DNA of 51,131 bases from Pseudomonadota bacterium. GTDB lineage: Bacteria; Desulfobacterota; Desulfobacteria; Desulfobacterales; RPRI01. The notes beneath the pieces were generated by a model. The model worked only from the letters and a program-made list of their open reading frames with translations. It ran no database searches and had not been told where the DNA came from. The position numbers were made by a program, and so were the translations under genes. Every line of letters begins with the position of its first letter. The first letter of the stretch is position 1. Shown piece by piece: positions 10,536 through 20,100 of the stretch. The stretch lies in contig JBDRRF010000029.1 in NCBI GenBank assembly GCA_043825875.1, positions 1 through 51,131 of the forward strand, in the 5' to 3' direction.

Positions 10536-13500
10536 ATGCCGCATAGACTTGAGATTGCATTAAAACCCGAAATGTTTGATGCAGAAGGCGAAGGTATTCG
10601 TTTAAAAGCGAAAAATTATTTCGGAATTGAATTTGCAAAAGTACGCACCATTTCAATTGTTACCATTGATGCCGCTTTAAATAAAGACGAGCTGAATTTG
10701 ATTCAGTCTGCAATTTTTACAAATCCTGTCATACAAACTTCATCATTTGATCCTATTGCAATTGATTTCGACTGGATAATATGGGTTGGCTATAAACCGG
10801 GGGTGAAAGATAATCCGGGCAGTACTGCGGTAGAAGCCATGGAAGATTTGATCGGGACAAAAATTTCCGGATCTTTTAAAAAAGATGCAGCAGTTTATAC
10901 ATCTAAACGGTATTGTATTAAGGGCCATGACCTGTCACAGAAAAATATTGAAAAAATTGCCCGTGAACTTTTATCAAATGATATTATTCAGCAGACTAAA
11001 ATTTATTCAAAAGCCGATTGGAATAGTAATGAAGGAATTGGTTATATTATTCCAAAAGTAGTATTAAACCATATTCCCACTGTTTCAACAATATCAATAA
11101 AAAGCGATGAAATATTACAAAAGGTCAGTGATAAAAGAAACCTTGCCTTAAATCCGAATGATATTTTTGCAATAAGATCTTATTTTTTAAAAGATGATGT
11201 TCTGGCCGCACGGGCTGCCCAAGGTTTGTCGGAGCCAACAGATATTGAGCTCGAATATATCTGCCAGGCAAGAAGTGATCATTGTAACCACAATACCTTC
11301 CGGGGGTTATTTCGCTACACAGATCTTGAAACAGGAGATACCGAAACGGTTGATAATCTTTTTAAGACCTGTATTGAAGTGCCAACTCTTTATCTTAAAG
11401 ATAAAAAACAATGGGTTGTTTCAGTATTGTGGGATAATGCCGGAGCTGGGCTTTTTGATGAGGATAACTATTATGTCATAACCGGTGAAACACATAATTC
11501 ACCTTCCAACATGGAAGCATATGGCGGAGCCATCACGGGAATAGTCGGAGTATATCGTGATCCTTTAGGTACTGGAAAAGGCTCAAAGCTTATCATGGGC
11601 AGTTATGGTTTTTGTGTAGGGCACAGGGATTATAATGGTCCGCTTATGCCGCATCTTCATCCAAGACGTCTTTTAGATGGGGTTATAGAAGGAGTTAGAG
11701 ACGGCGGAAATAAAAGCGGGATACCAACGCCGTTTGGCCAGGTTCTTTTCCATCACGGCTATATGGGAAAATGTCTTGTATTTGTTACCGCTCTTGGAAT
11801 TATGCCTGCAACAATTAAGAAAGAACCTGCCGAACAGAAGAAAACATCTGTCGAAGACGTTATTATCATGTGTGGCGGAAGAGTAGGAAAAGACGGTATA
11901 CATGGGGTTACGGCTTCATCTGAAGTATTTTCCGAAAACACTCCGGCAGGCCATGTCCAGATAGGTGATCCCTATACTCAAAAGAAAATGCACGATTTTC
12001 TGCTCGAAGCTCGTGATGAAGGCCTTATTGCTTTTATAACCGATAATGGCGGTGGCGGACTTTCATCATCTATTGGAGAATCCGCCATATATTCAAATGG
12101 CTGTGAAATAGATCTTGATAAGGTTCCATTAAAATACGAAGGCCTGGACCAGTGGGAAATATGGGTTTCGGAATCTCAGGAACGTATGACTGTTGCAGTA
12201 AAACCTGAGCATCTTGAGAGATTTTTTGAACTATCTGCAAAACACGCAGTTGAAAGTACTGCAATCGGGAAATATACCAATTCCGGAAAACTTCATATTA
12301 AGTATAATAGTAAAACCTGTGCTTATGTTGATATGGATTTGCTTGCGGCAGGCTTTCCTCAGTGGGAGTTTGATGCTGTGTGGTATCCACCTGCTATGCG
12401 CGGTCTATATGAGCCTGTGATAACAGAGCCCGAAGATTACAATAAGCTTTTACTTGATATTTTATCTCGTCCGAATATCTGCTCAAAAGAGTGGATCTGT
12501 AAACAATATGATCATGAAGTACAAGGCAGTAGTGTTATCAAACCGCTTGTAGGAAAAAAGCGCGATATAAACAGTGATGCAGTTGTAATAAGACCTGTGC
12601 TTGATTCAAATAAAGGAATTGCTTTTTCACAGGCAATTTTACCTATGTATTCGGCAATAGATGCTTTTCATATGACATGCTGCACGATTGATGAAGCTGT
12701 CCGGCGGCTTATTTGTGTTGGTGGCAGTATTGATCATATTGGAGGGGTGGATAATTTCTGCTGGCCCAATATTGGGTATCATCCGGTTAATAATCCCGAT
12801 GGGAAATTCAAGGCCGCCCAGCTTGTGCGCTCCTGCAAAGCACTTGCAAAAACATGTCTTTCATACGAGATACCGCTTCTATCCGGAAAAGACAGCATGT
12901 ATGTGGATGGATACCTATCGGGCAGATACGGCGAATCCCACAAAACGTCAGCTCTTGAAACCATGCAGTTTTCAGCGGTATCTGTAATAGATGAAATTCA
13001 TAAATGCATCACAATGGATTGCAAAATTCCGGGAGATCTTGTGTATGTGCTGGGCGAAACCCAAAACGAACTGGGTGCTTCTGAATATTATGAGCATTTT
13101 GGTTATATCGGATTAAATGTGCCGAAAGTATTTCCCGTTCAATTCCTTAAGCTCTACAAAGCGCTTTGTGAGGCTATAGACAAAGGTCTTGTAGCCTCAG
13201 CCCATGGCATTTACCGGGGGGGCTTGGGTGTGCATCTTGCGATGGTTGCTATGGGAGGTGATCTTGGTTTAAGGGTGGATATAGATTGTGTACCAACTAA
13301 TGGGCTTGATCGTATTGATTCGATTCTTTTTTCAGAATCAGCCGGCCGGATTATAGTAACTGTTGCGCCTGAAAATAAAAAAATTTTTGAAAGTATTTTT
13401 AACGGGCTTTGTTATGCAAATATTGGTGAGGTTACGGAAAACAAAGAATTGATAGTAAATAGTACCAAAAACAAAAATATTATTTGCCTATCTGTTGATG

Positions 13501-13544
13501 CATTAAAAAAAGCATGGAAACAGCCTTTTGGAGAGCTGATATGA
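10536..13544 (+). CDS. purL: FGAM synthase PurL with N-terminal PurS-like region
   Basis: SDHCNH, ETHNSPS, GRVGKDGIHG, DNGGGG, SESQERM, QYDHEVQG; no fused glutaminase domain. Confidence 0.93.
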   Translation: MPHRLEIALKPEMFDAEGEGIRLKAKNYFGIEFAKVRTISIVTIDAALNKDELNLIQSAIFTNPVIQTSSFDPIAIDFDWIIWVGYKPGVKDNPGSTAVEAMEDLIGTKISGSFKKDAAVYTSKRYCIKGHDLSQKNIEKIARELLSNDIIQQTKIYSKADWNSNEGIGYIIPKVVLNHIPTVSTISIKSDEILQKVSDKRNLALNPNDIFAIRSYFLKDDVLAARAAQGLSEPTDIELEYICQARSDHCNHNTFRGLFRYTDLETGDTETVDNLFKTCIEVPTLYLKDKKQWVVSVLWDNAGAGLFDEDNYYVITGETHNSPSNMEAYGGAITGIVGVYRDPLGTGKGSKLIMGSYGFCVGHRDYNGPLMPHLHPRRLLDGVIEGVRDGGNKSGIPTPFGQVLFHHGYMGKCLVFVTALGIMPATIKKEPAEQKKTSVEDVIIMCGGRVGKDGIHGVTASSEVFSENTPAGHVQIGDPYTQKKMHDFLLEARDEGLIAFITDNGGGGLSSSIGESAIYSNGCEIDLDKVPLKYEGLDQWEIWVSESQERMTVAVKPEHLERFFELSAKHAVESTAIGKYTNSGKLHIKYNSKTCAYVDMDLLAAGFPQWEFDAVWYPPAMRGLYEPVITEPEDYNKLLLDILSRPNICSKEWICKQYDHEVQGSSVIKPLVGKKRDINSDAVVIRPVLDSNKGIAFSQAILPMYSAIDAFHMTCCTIDEAVRRLICVGGSIDHIGGVDNFCWPNIGYHPVNNPDGKFKAAQLVRSCKALAKTCLSYEIPLLSGKDSMYVDGYLSGRYGESHKTSALETMQFSAVSVIDEIHKCITMDCKIPGDLVYVLGETQNELGASEYYEHFGYIGLNVPKVFPVQFLKLYKALCEAIDKGLVASAHGIYRGGLGVHLAMVAMGGDLGLRVDIDCVPTNGLDRIDSILFSESAGRIIVTVAPENKKIFESIFNGLCYANIGEVTENKELIVNSTKNKNIICLSVDALKKAWKQPFGELI

Positions 13545-14362
13545 GTAAGGTTAAAGTTCTGGTGCTTGCCGGATATGGCTTAAACTGCGACTACGAAACT
13601 GCATATACTTTTGAACTTGCCGGCGCAAAAGCTAAAAGGGTCCATATAAACAGCCTTATTGGCGGAGATATTAACCTGTCTGATTTTAATATTCTGGTTT
13701 TTACAGGAGGATTTGGCTGGGGTGATGACCATGGGGCCGGAGTAGTCCAGTCTGTTAAACTTAAAACAAAACTTGGCGATAAAATACTTGAATTTGTTGA
13801 TAAGGGCAATCTTGTAATAGGAATTTGCAATGGATTCCAGGCTATAGTAAATATGGGTCTTTTGCCGGGATTTGATAATAACTATACCACAAGATCACTT
13901 GCGTTAACTTTCAATGACTGCGGAAATTTTAAGGATTGCTGGGTGGATCTTAAAGTAAATAATTCATCCTCCTGTGTATTTACCAAAGGATTGGATAATA
14001 TCGAACTTCCCATAAGACATGGAGAAGGGAAGTTTTATTCGGATGAATCAACCATAAAAAGGCTTGTTGATAATAATCAGGTTGTTGTTCGGTATGCGAT
14101 GCCGGAAGGAAAACCGGCGAACGGAAAATATCCTTACAATCCAAATGGATCTGTAGAAGATATTGCCGGGATATGTGATCCCAGCGGCCGCATATTCGGC
14201 CTTATGCCTCATCCTGAAGCCTATAACCATTTCACAAACCATCCTGACTGGACAAGACGCAAAGAAAAGCTGAAACGTTTAGGTGAAAATGAGTGCAAGC
14301 AAATTCCGACTGGCATACTCATTTTTAAAAATGCCGTAGATTATATTATGGATTCGCAATAA
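13541..14362 (+). CDS. purQ: FGAM synthase glutaminase subunit PurQ
   Basis: GLNCDYET, GICNGFQ, HGEG, NPNGS, MPHPE. ATGA overlap with the purL stop fixes the start at 13541. Confidence 0.95.
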   Translation: MSKVKVLVLAGYGLNCDYETAYTFELAGAKAKRVHINSLIGGDINLSDFNILVFTGGFGWGDDHGAGVVQSVKLKTKLGDKILEFVDKGNLVIGICNGFQAIVNMGLLPGFDNNYTTRSLALTFNDCGNFKDCWVDLKVNNSSSCVFTKGLDNIELPIRHGEGKFYSDESTIKRLVDNNQVVVRYAMPEGKPANGKYPYNPNGSVEDIAGICDPSGRIFGLMPHPEAYNHFTNHPDWTRRKEKLKRLGENECKQIPTGILIFKNAVDYIMDSQ

Positions 14363-14582
14363 ACCTGATACCGCTGTTCTTTATGTTACCATCACAATTC
14401 ACACTATTAAATTATTTAATAGTGCTATAAATAAGTTTAATAGTTTGCCCTGTAAAGCTTGTTTTATTATTTTGTTTTCATGGCGCATTCTATTTGCTCT
14501 AAATGAAATAATGCTTATTTATATCAATATGTTATATCTTAATAATATTTTACAGATCAATCAGTAACTATATATAAAAATA

Positions 14583-14599
14583 TTGGCATGGGGTTTGTA
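14583..14599 (+). promoter_or_regulatory. Candidate sigma54 (-24/-12) promoter for the pilus operon
   Basis: TTGGCATG-GGGT-TTGTA has the correct GG-N10-G spacing, with GT instead of GC at -12; about 70 nt upstream of fimU. Confidence 0.45.
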
Positions 14600-14666
14600 T
14601 ATTAACAGACTATCCGGGCAATGAAATTTTATTGAATTGTCGGGCTTAAGTATTGGAGAGTAAAAG

Positions 14667-15131
14667 ATGCAGAAAAAAGCCGGTTTCTCATTAGTTGAGT
14701 TAATGATCGTATTAGCTATTATTGCAATTCTATCTGCAATAATAACGCCAAATATTATAAATTGGCTAAGAGGCCAGGGGTTAAAAACTGCCATTTCGGA
14801 ATTACAGGGAAATTTGCAATTGGCAAAATTGGGTGCAATAAGGCAAAATCAGAGCTGTGCAGTTACATTTAATACAGGTTCTGGAAGCTATTCTATTCCC
14901 TGTGCTAATAAGAGGGTTTTGTTAAGCAGTTATAGCGGTGGGGTTGTTTTTGGAATGCCACCTTCTTTTGCAGGTACAATGGCTGGTACAATTACCTTTT
15001 CTTCAGATGGAACTTCTTCACTAAGTAGTGTTTTTTTAACAGATAATACAAGATCAGCATACTACAGGATACAAACATTTCTTTCAGGTGGAATTGTTAC
15101 ATCAAAATGGGATGGATCTAGCTGGAAATAG
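14667..15131 (+). CDS. fimU: Type IV minor pilin, FimT/FimU family
   Basis: Class III signal G|FSLVELMIVLAIIAIL; GspH/FimT-type 'LQLAKLGAIRQ' and 'ITFSSDG'. Confidence 0.85.
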   Translation: MQKKAGFSLVELMIVLAIIAILSAIITPNIINWLRGQGLKTAISELQGNLQLAKLGAIRQNQSCAVTFNTGSGSYSIPCANKRVLLSSYSGGVVFGMPPSFAGTMAGTITFSSDGTSSLSSVFLTDNTRSAYYRIQTFLSGGIVTSKWDGSSWK

Positions 15132-15142
15132 GAATTCTTGAA

Positions 15143-16039
15143 ATGAATATAATAAGAAAAATATTTAGATTTAGTTCGAAATATACAAGCTCAAACAAAG
15201 GGCTTACTCTGGTTGAACTTATGGTCGTAATGGGACTTGCTACTATTGTCCTTGCGGTAATATATGCGGCCTACAATACTCAATCCAGGATGAACAGAAA
15301 AGAGACCGCTATTGTGAATATGCAGCAGAATATAAGAGGCTCACTATATCTTATTGAAAAAGAGATAAGAATGGCGGGATATGACCCGGAAGCATCCGGT
15401 AAATTTGGAATAAAGGATATAAAATTTAAAGATATAGATGGTAGCGATAACGTAAATGGATACAGCTCAATAACCTTTACAGCTGATAACGGCGCTGAAG
15501 ATACCAGCACCACTCCTCCAACTCCTCATGCTATGAATGGACAGTTAGATTCAAACGAGACTTATACTTATAGAATATATAATTACACAGCCGGAAGTCC
15601 TGCAGGAATTCTGGATCTTGGCAGAAAAGTTGGTGGTGGAGGGATTACAATAGTTGCCGAAGGCATAGATGCAATAGGCTTTGCATATGCTTATGACAAT
15701 GACGGAGACGGTCAACTTGATGTATCATCTGGTGGCGGCAATGTTTTATGGGCTATAGATACCGATAACAACAATAAACTTGATAGCATTCTGGATACCA
15801 CTGATAATGGTGTAATAGATATATATGATGATGAAGCTGGAACGACTCTGCCATCCGAGATTGATCTTGATAAAATAAGAGCCATCAGGGTCTGGATTCT
15901 GGCGAGAACTAAAACCACTCTATTAGATTATAATGATAGCCATACATATGTTGTTGCTAACAGGCGCATAACGCCGAACGATAACTATAAACGGGAGCTA
16001 TTGGAAACTATTATTAAATGCAGAAATCTTGGCTTTTAA
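15143..16039 (+). CDS. pilW: Type IV minor pilin PilW
   Basis: G|LTLVELMVVM; 'MQQNIR...EIRMAGY' and C-terminal 'IRAIRVWILART...IKCRNLG'. Confidence 0.85.
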   Translation: MNIIRKIFRFSSKYTSSNKGLTLVELMVVMGLATIVLAVIYAAYNTQSRMNRKETAIVNMQQNIRGSLYLIEKEIRMAGYDPEASGKFGIKDIKFKDIDGSDNVNGYSSITFTADNGAEDTSTTPPTPHAMNGQLDSNETYTYRIYNYTAGSPAGILDLGRKVGGGGITIVAEGIDAIGFAYAYDNDGDGQLDVSSGGGNVLWAIDTDNNNKLDSILDTTDNGVIDIYDDEAGTTLPSEIDLDKIRAIRVWILARTKTTLLDYNDSHTYVVANRRITPNDNYKRELLETIIKCRNLGF

Positions 16040-16070
16040 TGATTTTATATATTTTTGAAGGAGTTTTGGG

Positions 16071-16502
16071 ATGAACAGTAAAAACTTTAATAAAAATATT
16101 CTCAATACAAAAGATGAATCAGGCAAAAAATCCGGTAATAGCGGATATACAATGATAGAAGTTCTTATTGCGCTTGCCATTTTTTCAATTGGAATTATGG
16201 GAGTGGCAAAAATGCAGATAGCATCAACCAATCTTAACAGCTATTCAAGAATGGCGACTGAAGCCACAACAATGGGTGGTGATGAGATGGAAAGGCTCAT
16301 GATTCTTCCTTATGATGATTATGATCTTGATCCTGCCTATAACTCAGAGCACTCTTATACAAACGATAATCGTACGGTAACATGGATTGTTACGGATAAT
16401 ACCGATCACAAGTCCATAAATATGACTATTACATATACTATAGCTATTAAAGGAACAACAAAGACTATTCGGCTAACTTATATAAAGCCCCAGGATGTTT
16501 AA
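16071..16502 (+). CDS. pilV: Type IV minor pilin PilV
   Basis: G|YTMIEVLIALAIFSIGIMGVAKMQ. Confidence 0.85.
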   Translation: MNSKNFNKNILNTKDESGKKSGNSGYTMIEVLIALAIFSIGIMGVAKMQIASTNLNSYSRMATEATTMGGDEMERLMILPYDDYDLDPAYNSEHSYTNDNRTVTWIVTDNTDHKSINMTITYTIAIKGTTKTIRLTYIKPQDV

Positions 16503-16584
16503 AATCACAATATAAAAGATAAAGATCTTAAGGTTAGGATTCAGTGGTTTATAATATGAAATACTCGCTTGAAAGGTTCTGGTT

Positions 16585-17169
16585 ATGAAAAAAACCGTAA
16601 TAATATTAAACAATGAAAAAGGATCGATAATGGTGGTTGTCATTATTATGATGGCGCTTTTGCTCCTTATGGGAATAATGTCAACAAAGCTAAGCACTGT
16701 TGAAATGCAGATTCTTCGTAATACCATACTCACAAAACAGGATTTTTATGCTGCCGAAGGAGGTGTTACCGAAGTTTCTGTTGATGTCGATTATGCCGGC
16801 CTTCCCGGCAGGCCATGCCCTTCAGACCGCACCAGTTGCTCCGCTAGTTATTCGATAACAGATATTGATACGCCTACAATATTGACTAAAACAGAATATA
16901 ATACCCCCCCGGTTACGCTGGAAAATCCGTCAGATGACCAGATTGATAATGTTACAGACTCGACATGGCCTAAAAACTATACCAGCAGCGATGCTGAATA
17001 TGCATACAGAGTTTTTTTTAGAGGTCAGGGACCTATGCCAAAAGGTTATGGCGCTTCATTTGCCTCATATATATTTGATACAACAATAAGAAAACAAGAG
17101 GGTGTTTCGTTGGCTCAAATGTCTGCTACTATAAACGAAGGATTCAGAAAGATAGGGCCTAAAAACTAA
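16585..17169 (+). CDS. pilX: Type IV minor pilin PilX
   Basis: NEKG|SIMVV (no Glu5) and 'FYAAEGG', both typical of the PilX N-terminus. Confidence 0.85.
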   Translation: MKKTVIILNNEKGSIMVVVIIMMALLLLMGIMSTKLSTVEMQILRNTILTKQDFYAAEGGVTEVSVDVDYAGLPGRPCPSDRTSCSASYSITDIDTPTILTKTEYNTPPVTLENPSDDQIDNVTDSTWPKNYTSSDAEYAYRVFFRGQGPMPKGYGASFASYIFDTTIRKQEGVSLAQMSATINEGFRKIGPKN

Positions 17170-17198
17170 TGTGTTGGTCGTCTTTAAAGGAGGATTTT

Positions 17199-20100
17199 AT
17201 GATAACGAATAGAAAATCATTAGATGAAACAAATAGTGGAATAAGAATTAAGCCAGGGGTTTTATGGTGTTTTTTACTGATGTTTCTTATGTCTGTTTGC
17301 AGTACAGTATCTTTTGCGGATGATACCGATATCTACAAACCGAAAGTAAAACATAATGTAATGATACTTATGGATTCATCGGGAAGCATGGCCTGGCCTC
17401 TTTATGATAACACAATCGAATATGCTACTTTCTTCAATTACATATGTGACAATTCGGGAGATTGGACAGATTCAAAGGATTCAAGTGGTCTTCATGGTAC
17501 AAGCGCTACATATTATCCTTCGGCAAAAAAAGCTGCAAGAACAAAAATATATCTTATTTACGGAAATACCGGATATGCAAACACCCTTACAGGTGATTCG
17601 GGAGATCCGGACCGTGCATGGTATATTGATGGTAGCGCGGATATGCATACATATTTGAATGCGGATGGCGAATTTGAAGATGAAGAAGGTGATAAGCCAG
17701 GAGATGCGGCTTATGGTGGACGGATAAGCACGGTTGTTGACGCAACAACGGGTAAAACGATGATTACGGTTGACGGACAGCGGCTTCCAAATGGTAAGGA
17801 TGTTGAGTTGCACAACTGGTATCAAAATTATGATGGCTCTAGGATTGACAAAGGCTTATCGGGTATGCTTCAGGCGCCTGGAAATTATTTCAGCGGTTAT
17901 TTTTACGATGGCTCAGGGCCTGAGGACACCGGGGCAGGTGATAAGGATGAACTTGTTACCAATTCTGCTTCAACCTATACCTCAAACCCTTCTGCTGCAG
18001 ATACTGATTGGTATGGAAGGGAAAAATGTTATTTTTTCGCAACCGGGAACTGGATTAATATGCAGATGATTTTTAATCTATCTGTTTATGTTGGATCAAC
18101 CTGGCAAGATGCATGGAAAACCTGTAAATTTACTCCCGGACTGACCTATGAAACTGTTCCTTATAATGCTGTTTCCAAAAATTACCCTGCTTATGCTCCC
18201 ATTGTAGATTACGATTCAAATGCCGACAGCACTGTGAATTATGAGGTTTATAATATGCTGTCAAGCAGGATTAGAGTCCATTTCAGTGACATAAGACTTT
18301 CCAGTAAAGATAGGCTTTTATTCTACGATGAAAATGGAGATAAAGATGAAGATGCATCATGGGATAAGGAATATGTTGCGGCGTCTACTGATAAATGGTC
18401 GGAATGGGTAGATGGCACAAAAATTCAACTGCGCTTTATTACGAGTAAAAAAAGCTCGGGCAGTAGATGGAAAATCGATAAATATCAGTATGAGTCTATT
18501 GGTGCAAGCGGTACTTATAGTTTTGACATAAGAATTGATGTCGCGAGATCCGCCATAATAGATGTTCTTGAAACCACAAGAGGCAAAATAAACTGGGGGC
18601 TTATGGCTTTTGATAAATCGGGTGGTGCTGATGGCGGCCAACTTCCACCCAACCAGCCGATAAACGGAAGTTTCAATGATGACGCTGTAAAAAATAGTAT
18701 CATTGAACAGCTTAGCCATATAGATGCAATTGGCGGAACCCCGCTTGGAGAGGCGTTGCAGGATGTATTGATACATTTTAATCATCATATTCCTCTTATT
18801 CACAGAGACTGCAATAAAAATTTTGTAATTACATTAACAGATGGCTTTCCTTCCGCTGACACTGAATGGGAAAGAATATCAGGCCTTAATTTTCATACAA
18901 ATACTGCACTTCATGACAGCGTTCAGTATACTCTGGATCCAATGCAGTACTCTTCCCCGGCAAATGATTATTATGACGATATAGCAGGATATTTATATAC
19001 GCATAGCTGGCTTGATTTTACGGAAATCGTTCCCTCTCTCTCACCTTATACGGCTGATGAATTGGAAGCGGCAAGAAAGAGTTCTGCCGACAATATAACC
19101 GTGCATAATATTGGTTTCAGTATGGATCAGCCCATGCTGCAACACGCTTCAGATCTGGGAGGGGGGCTTTACCTTACGGCATATTCAAAATCACAGCTTG
19201 TAAATGCTTTTCATTCACTTGGTCTTATGATTGGTGAATATACGGCTTATACGGCTCCGGTGGTATCTGTTGATGAAGCGAACAGAGTCCAGTCGGGAAA
19301 TAAACTGTATATGGCCGTTTTTAAGCCCAATGAAGATGTTTACTGGACAGGAAATCTGAAAAAATACGGCCTTCTATATGGTGAAGCAACAGGCTGTGAT
19401 AATGGTGAAGACTGGTATGTTGTCGATAGAAACGATATGGAGGCTACCGATTGTGATGGTAATATGATTGAGGCATCCTCGTCGTATTGGTCAACAACAG
19501 ACGGTGGTGATGTGGAAAAAGGCGGGGTAGGTCAATTAGTATACGAAAGCATCCCGGATATCTCAGAATTTGAGACCAGTATTATTACTTCCTCAAATGT
19601 GACTCACAGATACATCACAACGAACATTGGATCAGCTTTAGTAACAGTTGGAAACGATACATTGTCATATGCGGCTTTAGGCCTTGCGCCCGCTGATGAT
19701 ATTGGAAGAGCGAAAATAGTCAACTTTTTATACGGATATACATATAATGCCAGTGATGGAACAGATGGAAAAACTCTTGGTGCTCCGGTAGAAAAAAGCT
19801 CCTGGCCTATGGGTCCTATAATTCACTCCACACCCAAGATAATTGACTATTTTGATGGTGGCACCCTTAAAAAACGTTTGATTGCTGTTGGAGCAAATGA
19901 CGGTATGCTGCATGTGTTTGATGATACCGAAGGCACAGGAAACGGCCAGGAAGTATTTGCTTTTGTCCCTTCTTCGGTTCTTGTATATATGAATCAGTTT
20001 GACCCGGACCTGCCCGTGCCTAACACGAAGGTATATACGGTTGACGGTTCTCCGATAGTTGTTAATCTGGCAGACAACACCAAGCTTCTGGTTTTTGGTT

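Noticed and set aside
14481..14498. Second sigma54-like motif TGGCGCA...TTTGCT
   Set aside because: The GG-to-GC spacing is 12 nt, not the required 10.
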